Part shown: positions 1 through 11,771 of the stretch, in pieces
Numbering within the stretch: position 1 is the first letter of the stretch
How the letters are laid out: the number at the start of each line of letters is the position of its first letter
Assembly (NCBI GenBank): GCA_002633005.1
Contig: NMRA01000301.1
Span: 124,001-188,000, forward strand
Source: Phoronis australis
Taxonomy: Eukaryota > Animalia > Phoronida
DNA length: 64,000 nt
Reading direction: 5' to 3'
Made by a program: the position numbers and the translations under genes
The notes under the pieces: model-generated
Seen by the model: only the letters and a program-made list of their open reading frames with translations
Told to the model about the DNA's origin: nothing
Databases searched by the model: none

Positions 1-59
1 AGCAAGCAAGAACTTGACCAGCCCCGTGATTGACGCGTTGCATGATTTTTTATCGCTAT

Positions 60-260
60 AGAACACAACATGAAGCATCGTAGTCAGGAACCAAGTCGAT
101 TTACAGAGTGTCCCATCTGTGATTAATGTTTCACGAAAAAATGAGCCTGACGTGATACATTGCGTTACAGCATGAGGACACTCCCTCTTGTGGTGAATGT
201 GGCAAACAGTATACCAGTCCTCCTTCTATAGGCATAACAAGCAGAAACGTCATGAATGAG
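60..260 (+). pseudogene. Degraded C2H2 zinc-finger fragments
   Basis: ECPICD*CFTKK and SCGECGKQYTS...RH...H-like translations with stops and frameshifts. Confidence 0.45.
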
Positions 261-3200
261 GTGAAGGTAGTTAAGTCACTATAGTTTATTCAGATTTACA
301 AAGTTTATGGTTGGTAATTGTCTTATGTGGTAGTATTTTGACGTATTTTTTTGAACCTTTTTTCTTTAAGGTTGTTTCTATATTTGTTATTTGTGTTATT
401 TCAACAGAATCTACAACAGAGCCAATGCATTTTTGTAGTGTTTAGGTAGCTATAAATGTTCATACTCAGCGTCATTGGGCAATAATTACCTACAATTTTT
501 GACCACTTAGTATTTTATAAGAAAATGTATGTCTTTGATTATTGTAGAAATTGCTTTCATATAGTTGTTGATTTCCTGAGAGAGACGGTTTTACTATCAA
601 TCAGTCCGAAATATATTGTCTATGATTCAGTGATGATTTAGTGTAATACATTCCAAAAGTAATTTGTCGGACGGAAAATGTTCAATCGATTTGTAATGCT
701 GAGTTCCCTAAAGCAATATTTTGCATATTTCTGTGGGAAAATTTTGAGGTATGTGTGATAAAAGATTAATAATATAACAGACATGCTATAATATTGTTGT
801 TGATTTCCTGTATAAATCACTACAGTGTGTAGTTGAAGTGACGTTAAAGACAACATGTTGACTACGTTTTGAAAAAATCACAGTATAGTACATGTATTAT
901 AATTGTCTAAGTCTTTTCAATGTCACATGAGATCATGAACTGAAGATGCACGTGAATTTAGAACCAAGACTACAACACAGATAGAGTCAAACACAAGTCA
1001 ATTTGTTCATCTCTGTATCAATGTTATCAGTAAAACATCAAGTAAAATCCCACCCGTTTTATCAGCACATCAGTTTACACAACCTCTGGCAATTTTAAAC
1101 TCCAGACATTCATGAGTAAAAACCTTTGAATCATCGCGTGAAGGGTGTTCCGTGGCACTCCTCTCTCTCCCCATGCTCAAACTTATTATTATTCTTTGAC
1201 TTCACTGGCTATTTGTTTCTTTACTTTTGCTGTCACAATTTTGCAGGAAGATTCGACACTGACTTTCATCTGCTGCAACAACTTGTTTACTCCTGGCTAA
1301 CACGCGACATGGACCAACTGCTGAATGAGTCTTCAATTTAGAACCCCTTGTTCACAGTGGTTTTGTCTAAAATTAGATGTCTGTATTTCAAAATCCAGGT
1401 AGGGTGTACCTTCGGGCGTCCTGGGTAACATGTTCGTTGAAAATCGCCTCACAATAACAGTGAACTTGTTTCCTGAAATAAAAATAAATTCATTTGTGAA
1501 AAAATCTATAACTAAAATAGTATGCTTGATGTACATGTAGAGCTCATGGCGATTTACTGGTAATATGCTAAGCTATTGTTTAGTTTTGATACGAAAGTAA
1601 CCCCGTAATGACGCAAAATGTGATTAAGTAATTGCACCAAATTTATTTTGTAAACTTTTCACGTTTTATAAGTAAAAAGTTCATAATTATTTGACACACC
1701 ACGATGCATTTCCGATCGCATAAACAAAACACATTTTTGCGTTCCCGATCGCTTATCTTTGGGTTCTCGATCGCATCTTTCAACAGAAAAGTGTCGAAAA
1801 TTCAGAGATGCTGATAGAACTACAAAAACAAGTGTTGCGTGATATTTTCATACGTCATTTCTTCATAACTTAATGTTCAATTTATTAATATAGTACCAAA
1901 AGTAACCGCAATTTGCCAAAATGACGTACAAATCACCTTCGGCTCATGCGATGACTCGGTTAACGTATCTTTTCACTATTAATTGGAAGAGACACTTGCC
2001 TAAACCTCTACCTGCCCTTCCTCAATGTGTTACGCCATGAACTTATGCCCCCGTTTTCACATTGGAAGTAAAAACAACGAAAATTCATCAAATTTACTCA
2101 CCTTGCCTGGCTTACCTTCTCTCGCCAAATTTTGTTCTCGATCGCCTTGCGGACCTTCTCGATTGCGGGTTGGCCGGGGTGCGCTTTAGTTTCACAATTA
2201 ATGAAACGTTGAACAGAAGCCAATGTGAACACAATATTGGGTTGGGGACCACTCCCCATACTTGAATATACAAAAAACGGGCACCGACAAGTCTACATGT
2301 ACATGTGTCAGGTGATTCTTAATTTCTAGGGGGAACCCAAAGGCAGGTCCTATAAAATGTATTTGCTGATATTAAAGGCGAGGCGTCTTTTCAATTACTT
2401 TTTACCTAAATAGGTGCGACTGTTGTTTACCAAAATCCGCGAAGTAATCGTTTGTGCGACATTTGCTCATTAGCAAAGTATTTGAATGTCCCTTGGCGGG
2501 TATACATGTAGGATGTTGTAATGGGGGTTGGCGTAGTTTTCGAAGGAAAATGCACGCGTGGGCCGAAAATCGACATGTTCTTTGGGGAGTAATTATTTGG
2601 CCGTGTCCGACATAAATTTGATAATTTTTTAATTCAAAATTCTTTATTTGCGTTAAGTGATAGAGCGCGACATCAACCGCCAAAAGTTGGAATTACGCTA
2701 AGAATGCGGCAATACTAAAAAAGACAGAAGGTTTTAAGGAGATCTCAAACGATAAATTACTTTTAGGAACATTGCTAGAGCAAGACTGCGTTCTGTCATA
2801 ACGTCTTCATAGGCTAAGAATGAAATCTGGTACCTTTGCCCTGCATAAAAAATCCTTGAAATGGATAAGATAACGTTAGGGAAAACGATAGGTGCCAGGG
2901 TGTTTTTTCTGATGAGAGTATTCGACGACTAAAATACTGACTTAGATGATATCATGTACCTCTGGTTGGCCTGTTTGAACCGCCACAGGCATGGTGATAG
3001 GCTGCTAGGGCCTTGCTCTGTAAACATTCATTTTTACCTCAAGGGAGCCAAAATCCGAAATCTTGGAGGTTCATTATGTTTGCCGAATGCATACTAGTAA
3101 TCCCAATCGTCGTCTCTTAACCAGCCGTCACCGTTTCCGTTTCGTCACGATTTACCGCTGAAAACCTTGAAGTCGTAGTGGATTGTGTTCTGGAAGGTGG

Positions 3201-3519
3201 CGTAAATCTGTTACACGATTCTGTTGTGATACCCCTGTATTCGGAAAGAATCTACAATTTCGGCCAATTCATGGCGAACAGTAACCCAGCTGTGTTTTCT
3301 TTTAAACAATTGGAATTTGTTTATCCATGAGTTAATCGCGCCACTTTCTTGGTCTTTACGGATACTTAGTTTTAAACTCAGTCAGGCAGATGTCGTTACC
3401 GTGCACTGATGCCATATTGATTGACGGCCCTGAGGACGGTTAATTAAAAATTATGAGTTAACGCTGATATAATATTTCATATCAGTAGTCAACATTCTGA
3501 GCAGACCTAGTTATGACTA

Positions 3520-3995
3520 CCCAGATAGCATGCTGACGGTGGCCCGACGCTGGTCCAACAACTCACGTTACGTCGGACCAACGTTGGTGTCTGACGTCGA
3601 ACCAACGTGATTTTGTCCATCGGATGAACGTCGTAACAACATCAGAACACCGGCGGGCCGCTTATGAACCGACGTTGGTCCGACTGCCGACTAATAACTG
3701 ACGACGGCACGACCTGGGGTCAACGACGGAAATACGACCCTTTACCGACTTCGCGCTAATTCATTTCCGACCACTTTTCGACATTGCACCTCCCTGCAAG
3801 CGATTGTTTACCGACTCGCACCAACTTAGAGGCGACTGTTCTCCAACGTCGCACCAACGTGGAGGCGGTTGTTCGCCAACGTTACACCAACAAAGAGACA
3901 ACCGTTTGCCAACGTCGCACCAACTTCGAGGCGACTGTTTGCCAACGTAGCTCCAACATAGAAGTGAGGTGACTGTTTGCCAACGTGGCATCGAC
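3520..3995. mobile_element. Probable EnSpm/CACTA-type non-autonomous element end (CCCAGATAGCA terminus) with subterminal repeats
   Basis: CCCAG terminus followed by many CCAACGTCG/CGACGTTGG motifs. The partner terminus was not found. Confidence 0.4.
3800..3992. repeat. Degenerate tandem repeat, about 33 bp, about 6 copies (GCGACTGTTTGCCAACGTCGCACCAACTTCGAG)
   Basis: Periodicity read directly. It explains the repetitive ORFs at 3761-3991 and 3784-3972. Confidence 0.85.
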
Positions 3996-4299
3996 CTTCG
4001 ACTTTTCAGTCACCCCCATTTTTGCCTGTTCCCATAAAGGACATACATCTGCTGATTTAACTATCAAATTAGTCGAGAACATTTTAAGAACAGTCACGGC
4101 CACACAACCAATGGGTGGCGAACACAGTACTTTGCTCCGTTGTACATCAGGATATGCACAGAAAATCATAACTTGACAGCATGCATTGTGTCATTAAAAA
4201 CATTCATGTGTGCTTTTAGCATTTTATTAAAGCATAAAGCTAAAATTATGGTTAGGATAAAGAAACGTTGCACCCATCAAGCTTAAAACTTTATAAATA

Positions 4300-4557
4300 T
4301 TTGCGCGCACCCAGGGGAGCTCGGGGGTTCGAACGAGCACCTTTCCATTTGGCATGCTGGGCAAAAAGGTCCGCCTTGTAGAAACAAAAACATCGAAAAT
4401 GTAGAAAACGAAAAAAAAGTCTACAAAAGGCAGGAACAACCAAAAATTCCGGGAATGCCAAAATCAAAGCTCCGATCGTACCCCTAAATATGTCAGGGTA
4501 AAAGGAGCAGAATCTAAAAGAATTGGAGCCCTCATTTTTTGGTTGGGTGCACGCATG
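4300..4557 (-). mobile_element. MITE family A copy (CATGCGCGCACCCA TIRs), opposite orientation to the copies at 36545 and 57731
   Basis: tgcgcgcaccca...tgggtgcacgcatg ends. Shares internal motifs (gttcgaacgagc, aaaaaggtccgcc) with the other copies. Confidence 0.75.
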
Positions 4558-6734
4558 AATACTAGACTGAAAAATTATGCTGATTACAAAGCTTTTGAGT
4601 TTATACATCAAAGAATATTTGAAACTATGCTTGGAACTAAAAAATAAAGTGATTATTGTTCAATTAGCGTAATGAATGCCAAAGTGAGCTTTTCCAATAA
4701 TTACAGTTTCGTTGGAGGACATGAAATACAGAAATATGAGCAAATCAACAAACTTACAGAATTTTGCGTATGTCAAACATTTGGTGAAATACAACAAAAA
4801 CCTTTTGAAAGATACATCTAATTAACCAAGGATCCATGGGGCACCATGAAAAACAGGACATGAGATGAAAATCAATAAACTAAAATACAATTATGTGACT
4901 AAATGAACACGAAAATTCCAAGTAATTAATCATAAATACTTCAATGAATAACTGAATGTTAATTAAGCTATGGAATATATACACCGGGGACTTAAAGCAA
5001 TTTTGGCACGGGTAACAATGGATTTCTGTCTAAGAATTTAATGTAAATTTAAAAAGATGTCTCTCATTACTGGGTGTTCGTCATTACCCGGGCCCAAGCA
5101 GTACAATTTTTTAAAAGATTTAACAGAATGTAAAAATAGGACAAGACTGAAACATATCAGTACAAAATTAAGATGCCATCTGCAAGTTAAATAAAATACA
5201 AAATATTTGTAATCATGCACAAAGAAGTACTTCCTGCGAAGTCTTCATTTAAATCTTGATACAAGAAAGCCCAAGTGAATTTGCACTGCAGAATCAATCT
5301 GTATCTTCTTCCTCGCTACCAGGTTCTTGGACGTAATCTAAAACTTGCACAGCTTTCCCTGTAAACTTTAAGAACTACATGAAAGTAAATCTTAGTTTCA
5401 CTACAAAGCAAATTAGTCAAAAACATATGTTGACATCTTTGGTTCAATATTTAGAACGTTTAATTTTAGGTTTAGCGTGCTATGGAAAATTAACATCTCT
5501 TTATTAAGGAAAATTACTATACAAGTTGAAGAAATCAGTTTTGCTCACAATGCTACAAAGGCTCAGTATTCAAAAGATTTGGCAACTCATCAATTTTGAG
5601 AACTATAACATTGCTGTTCACCTGTTTGTTGCCTCCTTTATTCTGGCACCAACTCTGTCGGCAGCATACTTCAGCTCAGCACTTCGGCCTTCATTTCAAT
5701 TGATCTTCAGTTTCCGCCACCTTTAACTTGCTTTTTAAAATTTCAAACAAAAACATCCTAATACAGGTAATTATGAAAAATACACCATTAAAAGGAACAA
5801 CTTACGAGCTGAACATTACAGAGTTTATTGTTCAAGTTTCTCAGAGCTAAAAGTTCAGAGGTTTAAATATTTTCACATTAATTTTTACAACAAGAAAACC
5901 TATTGATGAGCAGGAAATTTACTTACCTGTAGCGTATTTATTTTCTGCATGGTGCAAGACCCAGTCCACCTCAAGCTATCACTTCTGCTCCGCCGCCATT
6001 AAAAGTTACCTCCCTTTCAGAGAGCTGAGGGTGGCAGGCTGCAATCATCTCTCTTCACCCAAACCCAACACATGGGTACTACTTCTACACTGCCCTCATA
6101 AGTGAAAAACACACGAGCATACATTCTCAAAGACAACGAGTACCAATCAGTGACATGTTAAAATAGTCACTAGCACGTTTTTCATTGTTCTTCCAGGAAC
6201 ACGTCCAATTGCTGTGACTGTCCTTGGCCAGGGAATGAAAATTGATAAATCTTGTTACTAAAGTGATACAGTGTATCACCCTAGTAGGTGTTACAAACTT
6301 ACAATACTACCAAAAAGATAAATAAACTATATTGATTTTTATTTAGGTTTGAGGTTTTAATCGCCTATGCAATGTACATGGCTTTGTGATTTTCACAATG
6401 AACGCTCAAAACAGGGAAGGGGTCAACAAGCAGTGAGTACTCTGTTTCTACCAGTCTTTCAAGTTTTCTTCCGGACTTTGCGTATTCAGTTTCAACATTC
6501 AGTAACTCACCCATGTACACTGTCAGTGATCAAGTCAGTAGATAACAATCAATTAGAATTCATGTCGAAATCGGGTAACTCAACTTGAAATTTTTTAATA
6601 ATTTAACAATTTGTCGCAGAGTAATTGATTACAGCACTTGGTCTTCAACTTACATGTCTTATCTGCTAATGGAATGTTAAGACCCCATTCTTTGAAAAAC
6701 CTGAGTCGCACACTTTTCCAGTGACTTAGTTACG

Positions 6735-6870
6735 GGATTGTTCTAAACCCCTCGATCCCACACCCCTCGACCCACGACTCGGCTCTCGACTCACGACCCA
6801 CAACTCACATCCCCCGTGCATTCACGACCTTCGACAACAGAGTAATCTTTGCGCTTTTAACATATTTCAT
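6735..6870 (+). mobile_element. Solo terminus of the Mutator-like family seen at 31664-33485
   Basis: ggattgttctaaacccctcga...cccacgac repeats...tttgcgctttt. Confidence 0.65.
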
Positions 6871-9474
6871 AATATTATTGACTTTACCGTCAAACGAATC
6901 TGTGCTCTGGCTAGGTGGTTAAAAGTATCAATCCACGGATCCACCGACCACTGTACAGCCAACAAGCGACAAGGTGGGGGGTCAGCCATTCATAACCATG
7001 TTAAGTCTAATAAATCACATTAGGGATGAGAGAAATTGGGTGAAGTATGACACCACAAAGTTTGGTGGTTTAGGAGATACAAAGGAAGTCTTCTGGGGGC
7101 AAAATGAGGCAATTTCTTGGTGTGGAATGAGTCATTTTTGACCAAATTTACTACTCTAGTTTCTGCTTCAAACAGAATATTTTCTGAATAATTTTGATAT
7201 CACGTGATAGGTTCATGACGAATATAAGTAAAAACGGCACCGACACTGAAATATCGGTTACCATGGTAACACTGGAACTGTTTCCGTGGGGGTACACTTC
7301 ATGCTTGTGAAAAACCAGCAGTAAGTTGTACCCTTATTGCGAAGCTGCCCCCACGAGAAAACTAAAAGTAATAACATGGACATGTAGAAGACTCCATGGC
7401 CTTGAAATTAATACAAGAAAAAACTTTGTCAGCCCTTCCGGCAGGCTTGGAAATAGGTGTCTGAATTTCACTATTTTCAGACCGCGTATGTGTATTTGCC
7501 GTGTTAAACCATGCCAGTCACTAGTTGTGCGCCGTTTCTATGCATTAAAATGCCGTGGTATAAAACAACAATTAAAAGAATTGGTTTGCTTAAAGGTTTT
7601 TAATTAAATTAATTTCAAAGACACGAGCACTTCCCACTAAAATATGAAATTATACTAAATTTGTTCATCCAACTCATTGAATACCAAACTAAAGCATACA
7701 ATGCGTTATTTGAATCATGGCTGATCTAAAGTGTGGGTTTGCGAATTTCTCTATTTATCTGGCACTGCCAGTCGCATCGAATGTGGTATTTATACAAATT
7801 GCGGATAGAAACAAATCCACAAGGAATAGAGCGAGACTTTTGAGCACCTTAAAAGTGAGGGGAGATGATGTGGAGGTGGAAAGTGTCCTACTGAGAAGTA
7901 GTCTGTCTCAGTGTCTGCCTTGGAGGCAGGTGTGCAGCTGGAGCTACGTATTCTACCGTAGTAGATTCACGTGCCCGAATCTTCGTTACAACCCTCGACA
8001 TATATTGGCGTCGGCAAAGACACTGAGTACATCCACTGCACACTAGAGGAGAAATCTTATAGAGATCTGAAAATGACCAAAGACGTTAAGTCAAGGTTCA
8101 ACGTCCTGCTTCATGAGAGCTCAAGTAAGAATCACCAAACTCCAGGGTCTGACCCTGAATAATATTTTTAGGAGCACATCATTCATGCAAAAATACTTTT
8201 ATTGACCCACCGTGATTGCTTCCAACTTGGGCGTTGTTGCTTAATCATATCTTATTTCAAATGTGTTGATCTATATGCAGTGCATGTATACATTGGCATA
8301 GAAAATAGGTAGTCATCATAACTTTTCATGATAACCGCCAAATGTGTTACATGACTTCTGCCCATGACCTACTTTTAGAGACTAGGGAGTATGTTATGTC
8401 TGCTAATGAATTTCTTCGACTGAATATGAAGTTAATTCAACATGCTAAAGACGTCAAAAATGGTGTGTGTTTCTCAAAAAAATTTCATTGGTCAACTGTT
8501 TTATGTTTTAGTGGCATGAAGAGAAATATGATGCACAACTCATTTATTTCACAATGAATGCTGACGCATAGGTAGTGCGGATAATTTAAATCGTTCTCAA
8601 TATTTTCTACATGTTATGTCCCATACTTCTGTTATATACCTTTGTCCTACTGTCACGTGCGTAGAACTTTATTTGCGAAACCTTCACTTTAGCTTGGTAT
8701 TCATATTTTATGAACCGAAATGGCCACATTAAATTTAATATGTTTAATTGTTTCATTAATACAATTTTAGGAATTAGGAAAGGCTTATGCTGAAGAAGTG
8801 GCTTCTGCTGATGTTGGAGACCTGCATATTATCAGTAAAGTTCAAAATCAGCAAGAAGGTACCCTTCTTGACAACTAAGTGAGGGGGGCTGGAGAGAGGC
8901 CAAAAAGTCTACGAGAATTTGTAACTTGAGGTACGAGTTGAGGAAAAAAGTGTTTGCCAAAGATTACTGGCTTACACCACAAAAGGTTCAAAGCGCAATT
9001 TGTTGAGAAAGGCCATTCTCAGCAAATGTGGGGAAACTGGTACAGGTGGATGTAGCAGATATGACAGAGGAAGTAGAGTATGCATTGGAAAGAGACAATC
9101 TGCGCTCTAAGATTGTCAAGGATAAAGCATTGTAAAAATTCAAAGGGAGGAAACAGTACAGTGGCTGGACCTGTAAATACTCTGGCTGGTCTGCTAAATC
9201 CAATGGTGACATTATTATGTCAGCACAGCTGTGTACATGTATAGGGAAGTAGGCTGGTTGCATAGAGAACAATATATTAGCATCTTCATTGTTCCCCTTG
9301 TTATAATAAAGATAATGACGATCATTTATCGGCAACAGTCTGATGTACGCAAGTTTCTGTATCCATGCCAAGTGTGTTGTTATCCAACAATAACAAAACA
9401 AAGGAAACAAAGATAGGACCAATGGGCGATATACATGTGACGAATTGCCACGGACAGTGGAGTCTTGTCATTTA

Positions 9475-9610
9475 CATGCACGCTCCTAGCCTTAAACAGG
9501 GGGTCTCGATTCCTGACGTTGTGGACCTTTTGGTAACAAGAACCGGTGGACTAAAAAAAACGGTGGAACCACTGTGAATTGCGCGTTTTTGCAGTCTCAT
9601 TTTCTCGGAG
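9475..9610 (+). mobile_element. Partial MITE family A copy
   Basis: catgcacgc...gggggtctcgattcctgacgttgtggacc...ccactgtgaattgcgcg matches the left half of the 36545 and 57731 copies. Confidence 0.6.
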
Positions 9611-11568
9611 TTTTGCAATGAAAGTCACGTGTGTTGTCAACGTTTCATTCTCATAGCAGTGGGGGCAGATTTGGTATTGAACATAACCTCAAAATGGCAT
9701 AACGGGGGGCAGTGTAGTAAAACTACAAAATGAGGGTGGTAAATCGGAATCATTTTTCAAGACATCTGTGTAACATTCTATAGGCACCACTTAACAATGC
9801 CAAGTGAATAATAGCTCAATAGCTTTCATTCAAGGAAATGCATAAACAGTTAAAACTGGACAGTTTTAGAGCGTCAAAACATGGCTGTGAAGCCGTAAAA
9901 TGTGTTTGAGCCTATAACTTTAATAAAACGTAATATTTTGAGGAAATATTTTACCATGCTATGAACAGTCCCACTAAATAAGATTGGTCCTAACCCCGCT
10001 CGTCAAGGTAAACGGTGGGTTATGGAAAATTGAACTAGACCGTATTTATCCACCTTGGTTGAGTCGCACACGGCTCACAATCAGAGGGATGCCGCCAAGC
10101 TGCTCTATTCATCGAGTCACGAGCGCTGCGTTTTACAAAGCGAAGTGTCTGGTAGCGCACAAAGATTTCAATGGGATTGATCAGCATACGATCTCCATAC
10201 GAACAAGCCCATTTGTGTGATCTGCGTACACTGTCAATTAATTACTTCAGCCTAGTTGTTTTCAGTCCTAAAAACACAATTGTCAACTTTTTGTCGGAGG
10301 TCAAGTTTGATATTTTATTCGAATCTGGGACGACAAATACTGCAAAACCATACATCACACTTTCGAATTTGTTGTTTGTTGAAGCGTTTTCAAAGTACTT
10401 CGGCTCTGGCCCTAGCGCGTATGAATATTCATTTACGTTTTTGACTCGTTCAGTTCATCCTGTTTGAAAAGTTTTCAACAATAGTAAAATTTGTGCTTAA
10501 CAGATTTTTGAACAGGTTCTTGTCCATTAGTATCGCATAACATGTAATGTAGCACATTTCGTTGAGTTGGCATAATTTTTTCAACAAGTCCGATTGCGCA
10601 TTAATTACGGTATGGTAGTGACTCGACGAAAGTTTGTTTACGTCATGCAACGTGGTCAGGCATTTCCTAACATGATGATTTTCCAATAGACGGATACTTT
10701 GGCGGTGTTTAAGTGCAGCGAGAAAGTGGACGCCGTGGTCGATCTGCCGTCAGATGAGCAGACGTTGATGACCGGAAGGGAATGAGCTTTGCTATCTGCC
10801 GACTGCAGTTTAATCAATCTTTATCATAAGGAACAACAAAACACCTAACACGGAGTTTGATAGGTTGTCGAAAGTGGCTCTAAGAATGGGGACGAAAATA
10901 TATCAGAGACCAAGCTACTCCCGGTAACCACTCCGGGGCCACAGGTCGTATTGCTTGTGAGGAGATACCAGCGTATTTGTAATTGGGCTACTTTGTACTC
11001 GACTAATTTTGCCGAAAATTTGCTGATTGCATGGAACCGTACCACAAGAGTCTCGCTTGATGAACAGTAATAAAAATAAAGATGAAGTTATGAAATTAGG
11101 CTTGATTTGATAACTGCAACTATCGGCAGGCAGCCGGAAGTTGCCATTGCAAACTTTTGAGGCCAGTCTCGCTGTCGCAAGCTGTATTACGGCACATTAG
11201 TCACGTGTGGGAGTTGGCATTCTAGGCTAGAGTGCTACATGTATGTTTAGAGGTTTTGTAATAAAGCGGTTGTTGCAGCATCACAAGGGAATCTACAGTA
11301 ATCGAGCATGTGCTACTGTTAAGTTTGACAATGATGCTTTGAGTGATGAAGCTACGCAAAATTACGTGGCTTTGGATTATTTTATTTGCCAAGCTGTCCA
11401 GTTTCTCCATATGTCATAACTCAGTCGCGCAAAGTGACTTGCCCTCCTACCTCTCGCAAACTACTGTACATGTAACAGTTGCCACATCACTCAGAGAATC
11501 TTCTACAAGCAACAATTTGCTTGATTTCGAATTAAGGAAGACAGAGGTGTCAGCGGCTGATTACATTG

Positions 11569-11578
11569 TTTATTTATT
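11569..11578 (-). promoter_or_regulatory. Candidate polyadenylation signal (overlapping AATAAA hexamers)
   Basis: tttatttatt on the plus strand, about 105 nt downstream of the stop codon. Confidence 0.45.
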
Positions 11579-11681
11579 AGCTCAAAGTTACATGTAGGTT
11601 CACAATGAGATTAATTAGGACGTGAAATATGCGTGTGTTGTTGGACCTTGACCTACGTGAATTCCTTCTTATGCTGCACTA

Positions 11682-11771
11682 TCAAGGGCAGGATGACGCA
11701 GCGTGGATCTTAATAACGTCAAGCGCAATGTCAGATCTCGCGCCCGACCCTCTTATAGCTTCGAACGCCAC
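11682..11771 (-). CDS. Exon 19: MAM2 end and stop (VAFEAIRGSGARSDIALDVIKIHAASSCP*)
   Basis: ttgcag|GTG ... TGA. FE..RG....DIALD and terminal CP. No transmembrane segment. Confidence 0.93.
   Translation of the reverse strand: MAFEAIRGSGARSDIALDVIKIHAASSCP

Noticed and set aside
3800-3992. CRISPR-like array or repeat protein
   Set aside because: Degenerate head-to-tail units without spacers. The ORFs are by-products of the 33-bp period.
7717-7900. hAT dimerisation-domain remnant (LALPVAS...STRNR)
   Set aside because: Similarity is too weak and the ERxFS core is missing.
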